NCBI GenBank assembly: GCA_963665845.2 | Contig: OY762492.1 | Span: 1,536,001 to 1,600,000 of the forward strand | DNA from: Candidatus Poribacteria bacterium | GTDB taxonomy: Bacteria; Poribacteria; WGA-4E; GCA-2687025 | Direction: 5' to 3' | Length of the DNA stretch: 64,000 nucleotides | Part shown: positions 38,105 to 45,799 of the stretch, piece by piece | Position numbering within the stretch: position 1 is the first letter of the stretch | How the letters are laid out: the number at the start of each line of letters is the position of its first letter | The notes under the pieces: generated by a model | What the model was told of the DNA's origin: nothing | The model's database searches: none | The model's input: the letters and a program-made list of their open reading frames with translations, nothing else | Program-made: the position numbers and the translations under genes

Positions 38105-38624
38105 AACGCCCGATGTGCGAATCGAGCCGCTGGAAATGAAACATGCGCCGCTCTTGCAGCGGTATGCGTCCGACGCCGCCATCGCCGCCACAACGCTTGT
38201 GCCGCATCCATTGCCGGAAAACTGGGGAGAAAGATGGGCGCGCGGCGCGATGCGCTATCGGAATGAAGGCTCCTATTTTTGTTATGCCGTGTACAACGGG
38301 GAAACATTTGTCGGCTTGTGCGCCGTTGGGCAGTACCGAGGGAAGCCCGAAATTCATTACTGGATCGGGAAGCCGTTCTGGGGTCAAGGTTACGGAACCG
38401 CGGCGGCGTTTGCCGTCTTGAAGCGGGTCTTTTCAGAACAGGGTTATCCTGCCATCGCCGCCTCCAGCTACACCCACAACCCGGCGTCCATGCGCATTCT
38501 TGAAAAATGCGGATTCCAACCCAACGGAACCGAAGAGGAAGAGCGCGGAACATTGGCGCATTACATTTTGAAACGGGACGACTTCAACCGCATTGAGCAA
38601 GCGAGGGCGGAAGAAAATGGTTAA
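38094..38624 (+). CDS. RimJ/RimL-type GNAT, array copy 2
   Basis: Same motifs; overlaps the copy 1 stop. Confidence 0.92.
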   Translation: MKHKTPDVRIEPLEMKHAPLLQRYASDAAIAATTLVPHPLPENWGERWARGAMRYRNEGSYFCYAVYNGETFVGLCAVGQYRGKPEIHYWIGKPFWGQGYGTAAAFAVLKRVFSEQGYPAIAASSYTHNPASMRILEKCGFQPNGTEEEERGTLAHYILKRDDFNRIEQARAEENG

Positions 38625-39150
38625 AAAGAAAGCGGCGTCGGTGCAGATCGAACCGCTGGAGATGCGCCATGCGCCGTTCTTGCAGCGGTATGCGTCCGAC
38701 GCCGCCATCGCCGCCACGACACCCATCCCGCACCCTTTGCCGGAAAACTGGGGAGAGAACGCGGCGCGCCGCGCGATGTTTGCGCGGGATGAAGGCTCCT
38801 ATTTTTGTTATGCCGTGTACAACGGGGAAACATTTGTCGGTCTATGCTCCGTTGGGCTGCTTCAAGAGCGTCCCGAACTTTATTACTTTATCGGCAAGCC
38901 GTTCTGGGGGCGCGGATACGGATATGCGGCGGCGCTCGCTGTCTTGAAGCGCGTCTTTTCAGAACAGGGGTACCCGATCATCGTCGCGCGCTGCCTGACT
39001 CACAACCCAGCCTCGATGCGCATTCTTGAAAAATGCGGATTCCAACCCAATGGAACCGAAGAGGAAGAGCGCGGAACATTGGCGCATTACATTTTGAAAC
39101 GGGACGACTTCAACCGCATTGAGCAAGCGAGGGCGGGCAAAGATGGTTAA
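38617..39150 (+). CDS. RimJ/RimL-type GNAT, array copy 3
   Basis: FWGRGYG, HNPASMRILEKCGF; ATG 38617 overlaps the copy 2 end. Confidence 0.92.
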   Translation: MVKKKAASVQIEPLEMRHAPFLQRYASDAAIAATTPIPHPLPENWGENAARRAMFARDEGSYFCYAVYNGETFVGLCSVGLLQERPELYYFIGKPFWGRGYGYAAALAVLKRVFSEQGYPIIVARCLTHNPASMRILEKCGFQPNGTEEEERGTLAHYILKRDDFNRIEQARAGKDG

Positions 39151-39676
39151 AAAGAAAGCGGCGCCGGTGCGGATCGAACCGCTAGAGATGCGCCATGCGC
39201 CGTTCTTGCAGCGGTATGCGTCCGACCCTGACATTGCCGCCATGACAACCGTCCCGCACCCGTACCCTGAAAACGGCGGAGAGGAGTTTGCGCGCATGGA
39301 GATGCGCAAACGCGCGGAAGGCGACCCGTTCACCTACGCCGTCTATGCCGGCGAAAACTTTGTCGGGACATGCGGCGTCGGGTTGGACAAATGCAACGAC
39401 CAAGGGCTGCCCGAACTGGGATACTGGATCGCCAAGCCGTTCTGGGGGCGCGGATACGGATACGCGGCGGCGCTCGCCGTGTTGACGCGCGTCTTTTCAG
39501 AACGCGGCTATCCGATCATCCTCGCGCGGTGCCATGAACACAATCCCGCCTCGATACGCATCCTTGAAAAATGCGGCTTTCAACCCGACGGATCCGAAAC
39601 GGACGAACGAGGCATATGGTTCTGTTATCTTTTGAAACAGAACGATTTCAACCGCATCGTTCCAACGAAGGAGTGA
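39143..39676 (+). CDS. RimJ/RimL-type GNAT, array copy 4
   Basis: ELGYWIAKPFWGRGYG, HNPASIRILEKCGF. Confidence 0.92.
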   Translation: MVKKKAAPVRIEPLEMRHAPFLQRYASDPDIAAMTTVPHPYPENGGEEFARMEMRKRAEGDPFTYAVYAGENFVGTCGVGLDKCNDQGLPELGYWIAKPFWGRGYGYAAALAVLTRVFSERGYPIILARCHEHNPASIRILEKCGFQPDGSETDERGIWFCYLLKQNDFNRIVPTKE

Positions 39677-39680
39677 AGCG

Positions 39681-40214
39681 ATGAGTAAAAAGAAAACGCC
39701 CAACGTTCGAATAGAGCCGCTGGAAATGAAACATGCGCCGTTCATACAGCGGTATGCGTCCGACGCCGACGTCGCCGCCATGGCAAATCTTCCGCGCCCG
39801 TACCCCGAAAACGGGGGCGAGGAGTTTGTCCGATACGATCAGGATAGACGCGAAAAAGGCGTCTCGTTCACCTACGCCGCGATGGACGAAGCCTCTTTCG
39901 TCGGCGTCTGCGGAGTCGCGACGAACAAGCCCGGCAGAGAAGGTCAGCCGGAGATTGGCTACTGGATCGGCAAGCCGTTTTGGGGTCAAGGTTACGGAAC
40001 CGCGGCGGCGCGCGCTGTCTTGTCGCGCGTCTTTTCAGAACAGGATTGGCCGTTCGTCGCCGCGCGCAGCCTGACTCACAACCCGGCGTCGATACGCATT
40101 CTCGAAAAATGCGGCTTCCAGTATCAAAAAACGGAAGAAAACGCAGTCGGCGAATTCGCATGCTATCTCCTCAAAAAGGACGATTTTATGCAAAACTCTC
40201 AAAAGGCAGAGTAA
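39681..40214 (+). CDS. RimJ/RimL-type GNAT, array copy 5
   Basis: EIGYWIGKPFWGQGYG, HNPAS. Confidence 0.92.
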   Translation: MSKKKTPNVRIEPLEMKHAPFIQRYASDADVAAMANLPRPYPENGGEEFVRYDQDRREKGVSFTYAAMDEASFVGVCGVATNKPGREGQPEIGYWIGKPFWGQGYGTAAARAVLSRVFSEQDWPFVAARSLTHNPASIRILEKCGFQYQKTEENAVGEFACYLLKKDDFMQNSQKAE

Positions 40215-40215
40215 A

Positions 40216-40749
40216 ATGAGCATAAAGAAAACGCCTGATGTGCAGTTGGAGCCGCTGGAAATGAAACATGCGCCGTTCATACAGCGGTATGCGTCCGACG
40301 CCGATGTCGCCGCCATGGCAAATCTTCCGCGCCCGTACCCCGAAAACGGCGGCGAAGAGTTTATCCGATACGATCAGGACAGACGGGAAAAAGGCGTCTC
40401 GTTCACCTACGCTGTGATGGACGGGGACTCTCTCGTCGGCGTCTGCGGAGTCGCGACGAACAAGCCCGGCAGAGAAGGTCAGCCGGAGATTGGCTACTGG
40501 ATCGGCAAGCCGTTTTGGGGTCAAGGTTACGGAACCGCGGCGGCGCGCGCTGTCTTGTCGCGCGTCTTTTCAGAACAGGATTGGCCGTTCGTCGCCGCGC
40601 GCAGCCTGACTCACAACCCGGCGTCGATGCGCATTCTCGAAAAATGCGGATTTCAACCAAACGGAACCGAACAGGATGAGCGCGGAACGCTGGCGCTCTA
40701 CATTTTGAAACAGGACGATTTCAACCCCGCCCCTCAAACGAAGGAGTGA
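40216..40749 (+). CDS. RimJ/RimL-type GNAT, array copy 6
   Basis: Near-identical to copy 5 except at the ends. Confidence 0.92.
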   Translation: MSIKKTPDVQLEPLEMKHAPFIQRYASDADVAAMANLPRPYPENGGEEFIRYDQDRREKGVSFTYAVMDGDSLVGVCGVATNKPGREGQPEIGYWIGKPFWGQGYGTAAARAVLSRVFSEQDWPFVAARSLTHNPASMRILEKCGFQPNGTEQDERGTLALYILKQDDFNPAPQTKE

Positions 40750-40753
40750 ATCC

Positions 40754-41308
40754 ATGACGAAAAAGAAAACGCCCCATGTTCAAATCGAGCCGCTGGAAAT
40801 GAAGCATGCCCCGTTCATACAGCGGTATGCGTCGGACGCCGCGGTCGCCGCGACGACAACGCTGCCGCACCCGTACCCCGAAAACGGGGGCGTCGAGTTT
40901 GTCAAGTACTGTCAGAGCCGTTGGGAAAAAGGCGTCTCGTTCACCTACGCCGTGATGGACGGGGACGATTTCGTCGGCGCCTGCGGAGTCGAGATCGACA
41001 AACGCGGCAGAGAAGGACAGCCGGAGATCGGGTACTGGATCGGCAAGCCGTTCTGGGGGCGCGGATACGGTTACGCGGCGGCGCGCGCTGTCCTGACGCG
41101 CGTCTTTTCAGAACAGGATTGGCAGTACGTCATCGCGCGCAGCCTGACTCACAACCCGGCATCGATACGCATTCTCGAAAAATGCGGCTTCCAGTCGACC
41201 GGAGAAGAAGAGGAGGACTCGCGGGGAACCACTGCCTTTTTCATTGTGAAAAAAGAGGATTACGAACGAATCGATCAAGCAGAGGAGAAAACCGATGGCG
41301 GAGAATAA
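40754..41308 (+). CDS. RimJ/RimL-type GNAT, array copy 7
   Basis: Same motifs; overlaps the leuA start. Confidence 0.92.
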   Translation: MTKKKTPHVQIEPLEMKHAPFIQRYASDAAVAATTTLPHPYPENGGVEFVKYCQSRWEKGVSFTYAVMDGDDFVGACGVEIDKRGREGQPEIGYWIGKPFWGRGYGYAAARAVLTRVFSEQDWQYVIARSLTHNPASIRILEKCGFQSTGEEEEDSRGTTAFFIVKKEDYERIDQAEEKTDGGE

Positions 41309-42833
41309 AACCCCGGACCCCAACAAAACGCACATCTTCGACACGACGCTGCGCGACGGCGAGCAGGTTCCCGGCGCCAAGCTGAACCTCCATGAGAAGC
41401 TGGAGATCGCGCGCCGTCTGGAGCGGTTGAATGTGGATGTGATTGAGGCTGGTTTTCCGCGCTCTTCGCCGGGCGATTTTGAATCGGTCGCGCGCATCGC
41501 CGAAGAGATACGCGGTCCGGAAATCTGCGGGCTGGCGCGCGCCGTCCCTGAAGACATCGAAGTATGCGCCGAGGCGATCAAGGGCGCCGCGAAGCCGCGC
41601 CTGCATACCTTCATCGGAACCTCCGATGTGAATATCCAATCGCAGCTGCGCAAGACGCGCGATGAAGCGCTCAACATCGCGGTCGACGCGGTCTCTCTGG
41701 CGCGCTCCCTCTGCGAAACGGTCGAGTTCTCTCCGATGGACGCGACGCGGACCGAACCCGCCTATCTGCGCGACGTCGTGACGGCGACCATCGAAGCGGG
41801 CGCCAGCATTATCAACATACCCGACACGGTCGGATACGCCGTCCCGCGGCAGTTCGGCGAACTGATACGTTACCTGTTTGACAACGTCCCGAACATCGGC
41901 GAAGCGCGGTTGAGCGTCCACTGCCATGACGACCTCGGCATGGCGACCATCAACTCGCTCACGGCGGTTCAATGCGGCGCCCGGCAGATCGAATGCACCA
42001 TCAACGGCGTCGGAGAACGCGCCGGCAACGCCTCGCTCGAAGAATGCGTCATGGCGATACGGACGCGGCAGGACTACTTCGGCGAGATTTACACCGACAT
42101 CAACACGAAGGAGATCATGCCGATCAGCCGCGTTGTGCGCAGGTTGATGAACATGCCGGTGCCGCCGAACAAGCCGATTGTCGGCGACAACGCCTTCGCG
42201 CACAGCTCTGGGATTCATCAGGACGGGTATCTGAAAAATCCGGAGACGTTTGAGATCATGAACCCGGCGGATGTCGGCATCAGCGAAAGCAAGCTGATCT
42301 TGACAGCGCGCTCCGGACGCCGCGCGCTGCGCCACCGCCTCGAAGAGCTGGGGTATGAGCTGTCGAAGGAGCAGTTCGCCCGCGTCCATGAGCGTTTTGT
42401 GCGCGTCGCCGATCAGAAAAAAGAGGTGACCGACGCCGACCTGGAAGCGATCGTGAAGGATGAGACGCATTCGGCGCCGCCGACATTCCTCTTCAACTAC
42501 ATGCAGGCGTTGAGCGGAACGAACATTGTCCCGACGACAACGATCAGCGTCAAGCGGGGGGACGAGACGCTGGAAGCCTCCGAAACAGGCAACGGTCCGG
42601 TGGACGCGCTCTACAAAGCGATTGAGCGGGTCACGGGCATCAAGGTGAATCTGGAGAGCTATGCAATCAGCTCCGTCACGGGCGGAAAAGACGCGATGGG
42701 CGAAGTGACGGTGCGCGTTCGGCGAAACGGCGGCAGCTATGTCGGCGTCGGCGCCAGCCCCGATGTGTTGGAAGCGAGCGCGAAGGCGATGCTGGACGCC
42801 GTCAACAAAGCGGCGCATGACGAAGCGGGCTGA
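41295..42833 (+). CDS. leuA: 2-isopropylmalate synthase
   Basis: IFDTTLRDGEQ, IEAGFP, PDTVG, HCHDDLG, GERAGN, HSSGIHQDG, GNGPVDA regulatory domain. Confidence 0.96.
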   Translation: MAENKTPDPNKTHIFDTTLRDGEQVPGAKLNLHEKLEIARRLERLNVDVIEAGFPRSSPGDFESVARIAEEIRGPEICGLARAVPEDIEVCAEAIKGAAKPRLHTFIGTSDVNIQSQLRKTRDEALNIAVDAVSLARSLCETVEFSPMDATRTEPAYLRDVVTATIEAGASIINIPDTVGYAVPRQFGELIRYLFDNVPNIGEARLSVHCHDDLGMATINSLTAVQCGARQIECTINGVGERAGNASLEECVMAIRTRQDYFGEIYTDINTKEIMPISRVVRRLMNMPVPPNKPIVGDNAFAHSSGIHQDGYLKNPETFEIMNPADVGISESKLILTARSGRRALRHRLEELGYELSKEQFARVHERFVRVADQKKEVTDADLEAIVKDETHSAPPTFLFNYMQALSGTNIVPTTTISVKRGDETLEASETGNGPVDALYKAIERVTGIKVNLESYAISSVTGGKDAMGEVTVRVRRNGGSYVGVGASPDVLEASAKAMLDAVNKAAHDEAG

Positions 42834-43436
42834 ATGCGACCCGTCGCCGACATACAGAAAGAGATACGCGCCTGCAGCCTCTGCTTTCCAGAAGGCGGCA
42901 ACCGTCCGACCGCGGCAGGCTCCGCCTCCGCCCGCGTCATGATCATCGGACAGGCGCCCAGCCGCGCCGATGAACGCACAGGCAGGATGTTTAGCGGACC
43001 CGGCGGAAAACGGCTCCGCTCATGGCTTGAACGCGCCGGCATTGCGGAAGAGGAGATATACTTCTCCGCGCTGACGAGGTGCTACCCCGGCCCCAGCGCG
43101 TCCGGCAAAGGCGACCGCGTCCCAACGCGGCAGGAGATACGCAACTGCCGCCCGCATCTTCATGCGGAGCTGTCGGCGGTTCAGCCGCGCCTCGTTCTCT
43201 TATTGGGCGGAATGGCGGTGAAGGAGTTTTTAGGCGCCGGTCCGTTGACGCAGTTTGTCGGCAAGATTCTATCGGCGGAGTCGGCGCTGCCCTTTTCACA
43301 GCTGCTGCATGACCCGAAAAGCGCCGTTCTCGCGCCGCTGCCCCACTGCTCCGGCGCGAGTCTCTGGCTCAACAAACGAGAAAACGCGGCGCTGCTGGAT
43401 CAAGCGCTCCGCGCCGTCGCCGATGTCCCGCGCTGA
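42834..43436 (+). CDS. uracil-DNA glycosylase superfamily protein (family 4/5-like)
   Basis: CSLC, IIGQAP, F.GPGG, RCYP, NC, LPHCS. Confidence 0.85.
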   Translation: MRPVADIQKEIRACSLCFPEGGNRPTAAGSASARVMIIGQAPSRADERTGRMFSGPGGKRLRSWLERAGIAEEEIYFSALTRCYPGPSASGKGDRVPTRQEIRNCRPHLHAELSAVQPRLVLLLGGMAVKEFLGAGPLTQFVGKILSAESALPFSQLLHDPKSAVLAPLPHCSGASLWLNKRENAALLDQALRAVADVPR

Positions 43437-44784
43437 ACGGTACGCCGCCGCGGGCATCGTTTTGATTGGCGCCGCCCTTCGCTTCATTCATCTGGGCGAG
43501 TGGAGCTTCTGGGCGGACGAAATCTACACGCTGCGGGACGCGGCTCAGTTTCCAGAAACGCTTCGGATGAACCCGCTGCCGTATGCCGCCGTGTCGCTTT
43601 GCCTCAAGCTGTTTGGAACTTCTGAATGGTCGGCGCGGCTCGCCCCCGCGCTGATTGGCGCCGCGTCGGTTCCGTTGACCTTGGCGCTGGGGCGGCGCCT
43701 TCTCGGCGTTCGCGTCGGGCTGATCGCTTCGGCGCTGGTCGCCGTCTCGCCTTGGCATCTTTACTGGTCGCAAAACGCGCGCCATTACGCCTTCGCGTTT
43801 TTCTTCGCGCTGCTGGCGGCGTGGGCGTTTTACGCCGCATTTGAAAAGGGCGGAATATGGAGAACGCTTGCCGCCCTCGGCGCGCTGGTATGCCTCGCTC
43901 TGTCGCATACGCCGGCGTCGGTACTGTGGCTCGGTTTTGCGGGTTATGCGTTGATCCGCCGGCGGCTGCGCGCGCGATTTCCGTTTCCGCAGAAGGCTCC
44001 CCGTTTCTGCTTGTTGTATTTCGGACCCATCGCGCTGGCGGGGCTTGCGGCGCTGACGATACCATCCCTGCGCGGCGGCATCGTGTCAGGCTGGGGGCGC
44101 AATATGTGGGCGCGCGGCGCGCTCTATGTGCTGATCACCTTCGCGCATGGGTTGACCTTGCCGACCGCCGCGGCGCTCTTTTTCAGTCTGCGCGGCGGTT
44201 TTTCGTCGGCGCCGAGGTTGTTTTGCTGGTGTACGCTCGTGTTTCCGTTTTTGTTTTTTTTAATGGCGTCGTTCTTTCAGAATATCGCCGGCTACTACCT
44301 TTTCTTTTTGACGCCGTTTGCGCTGCTGTTGGCGGCGTACGCGGCGCGCCGTTCGCGGGTCGCTGTGGCGGCGCTGTTGGCGGCGGCGCTGTTTCAAACT
44401 GTTCTCTACTACGGAGCGGAAAACGGCGGACGACCCGACTGGAGAACCGCCCTGACGCAAACGGCGGAGCAGGCGGAGCCGAACAGCGCGATCTATTTTC
44501 ACGCCCCAGAACTGGGCGGCTACTATGCAAGCAAACCGAACATCCGCTGGGTAAAAATCGGTCTCAACCGCGTTCAAAATCCAGAGACGGCAGACTGGGC
44601 GGAACGCGCCTATGTCGTCTGGGACGCAAAATGGGCGTCCTCCGTAGACCCGACAGGCGCGTTTCATCGCTGGCTGGACGCAAACGGACGGCGCATCGCC
44701 CGCGTCCCAGGCTACGCCCGCGCCTCCGACCGAACGATAGAGGCGTTCTGTTTAAACAGAGCGCCGAAGGCGCGCGCGGAATGA
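43423..44784 (+). CDS. GT-C/PMT-like (family 39/83-type) membrane glycosyltransferase
   Basis: SFWADEIYT, SEWSARL, SPWHLYWSQNARHY, multi-TM. Confidence 0.85.
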   Translation: MSRAERYAAAGIVLIGAALRFIHLGEWSFWADEIYTLRDAAQFPETLRMNPLPYAAVSLCLKLFGTSEWSARLAPALIGAASVPLTLALGRRLLGVRVGLIASALVAVSPWHLYWSQNARHYAFAFFFALLAAWAFYAAFEKGGIWRTLAALGALVCLALSHTPASVLWLGFAGYALIRRRLRARFPFPQKAPRFCLLYFGPIALAGLAALTIPSLRGGIVSGWGRNMWARGALYVLITFAHGLTLPTAAALFFSLRGGFSSAPRLFCWCTLVFPFLFFLMASFFQNIAGYYLFFLTPFALLLAAYAARRSRVAVAALLAAALFQTVLYYGAENGGRPDWRTALTQTAEQAEPNSAIYFHAPELGGYYASKPNIRWVKIGLNRVQNPETADWAERAYVVWDAKWASSVDPTGAFHRWLDANGRRIARVPGYARASDRTIEAFCLNRAPKARAE

Positions 44785-44857
44785 CAGCAAAAAGCGTAAC
44801 GCCGCGCCGCGCCCCTGCGTTTGTTAAAAATGCATGCATGTCGTCAAAGGGGGATGT

Positions 44858-45799
44858 ATGGGCAACTTAGAGCAGCTTCCGGAGGCGCTGGACGCTTTCC
44901 TCCGTTATCTGAAAGAGGCGCGCAACTACTCCGACCATTCCATACGCGCCTATCGAACCGACCTGAACGACTTTGCAAAATGCGCGATGGAGAACGGCAA
45001 ACCGCGCATTGAGCAGGTGAACAAGCTGCTCATACGGCGGTATATCGTCAACCTGCAGCGCGAAGGCAAAGCCGCCTCCACCGTTCAACGTCGCGTCTCG
45101 GCGATACGCTCGCTTTACGCCTGGCTCGTGCGAAACGACGCCGCGGCGTCCAACCCCGCCGAACATGTGCGGACGCCCGCCCCGCGCGCCAAGCTGCCCG
45201 AATTCTTAGACGCGGACGAAATCATCGCCCTCCTGAACGCCCCAGACAGCGATACCCCTGCCGGCCTGCGCGACCGCGCCATACTGGAAACGCTGTACTC
45301 AACAGGCATGCGCGTCGGCGAGCTGTGCGCGCTCAACATGGACAGCCTCAAACCGAATAGGACCGTCGCGGCGCGCGGGAAACGCAAAAAAGAACGGATC
45401 GCCCCGCTTGGAAAACCTGCCGTAAAAGCGATTCAAGCGTATCTCCGCCGGCGAAAGGAAATCTGTAAAACGATCAAGGAGCCGGAGGCGCTGTTCATCA
45501 GCCGAGTCGGTCGGCGCATGACCGACCGCGCCGTCCGATACCGCATCAGCGCCTGCCTCAAGAAAGCCGGCATCGATAAAAAGGTCGGACCGCACACGCT
45601 GCGCCACAGCGTCGCAACGCATATGTTGAACGCCGGGGCGGACCTGCGGGTCGTCCAAGAACTGCTGGGGCATTCCTCCCTTGCGACGACGCAGATATAC
45701 ACGCAGGTATCGACCGAGAGGCTGCGCGGCGCCTACATGGACGCCCACCCGCGAAGCCAAGCCCCGCAAAACGAAAACGGCGCTGTAGCCGACTCATGA
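44858..45799 (+). CDS. tyrosine recombinase XerC/XerD-like
   Basis: RDRAILETLYSTGMRVGEL, GKRKKER, HTLRHS, ELLGHSSLATTQIYT. Confidence 0.9.
   Translation: MGNLEQLPEALDAFLRYLKEARNYSDHSIRAYRTDLNDFAKCAMENGKPRIEQVNKLLIRRYIVNLQREGKAASTVQRRVSAIRSLYAWLVRNDAAASNPAEHVRTPAPRAKLPEFLDADEIIALLNAPDSDTPAGLRDRAILETLYSTGMRVGELCALNMDSLKPNRTVAARGKRKKERIAPLGKPAVKAIQAYLRRRKEICKTIKEPEALFISRVGRRMTDRAVRYRISACLKKAGIDKKVGPHTLRHSVATHMLNAGADLRVVQELLGHSSLATTQIYTQVSTERLRGAYMDAHPRSQAPQNENGAVADS

Noticed and set aside
37565-41308. Diversity-generating retroelement or integron explanation for the GNAT array
   Set aside because: No reverse transcriptase, no adenine-specific TR/VR pair seen, and no attC-like spacers; the genes overlap or abut directly
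37565-41308. GNAT toxin-antitoxin (tRNA-acetylating AtaT/TacT type) modules
   Set aside because: No RHH antitoxin genes; the motifs are RimJ/RimL-type (EIGYWI, N.AS.R.LEK.GF)
44858-45799. Tyrosine recombinase as integrase or shufflon invertase for the array
   Set aside because: Sequence is typical chromosomal XerC/D; all GNAT copies are co-oriented and no inverted recombination sites or att repeats were seen
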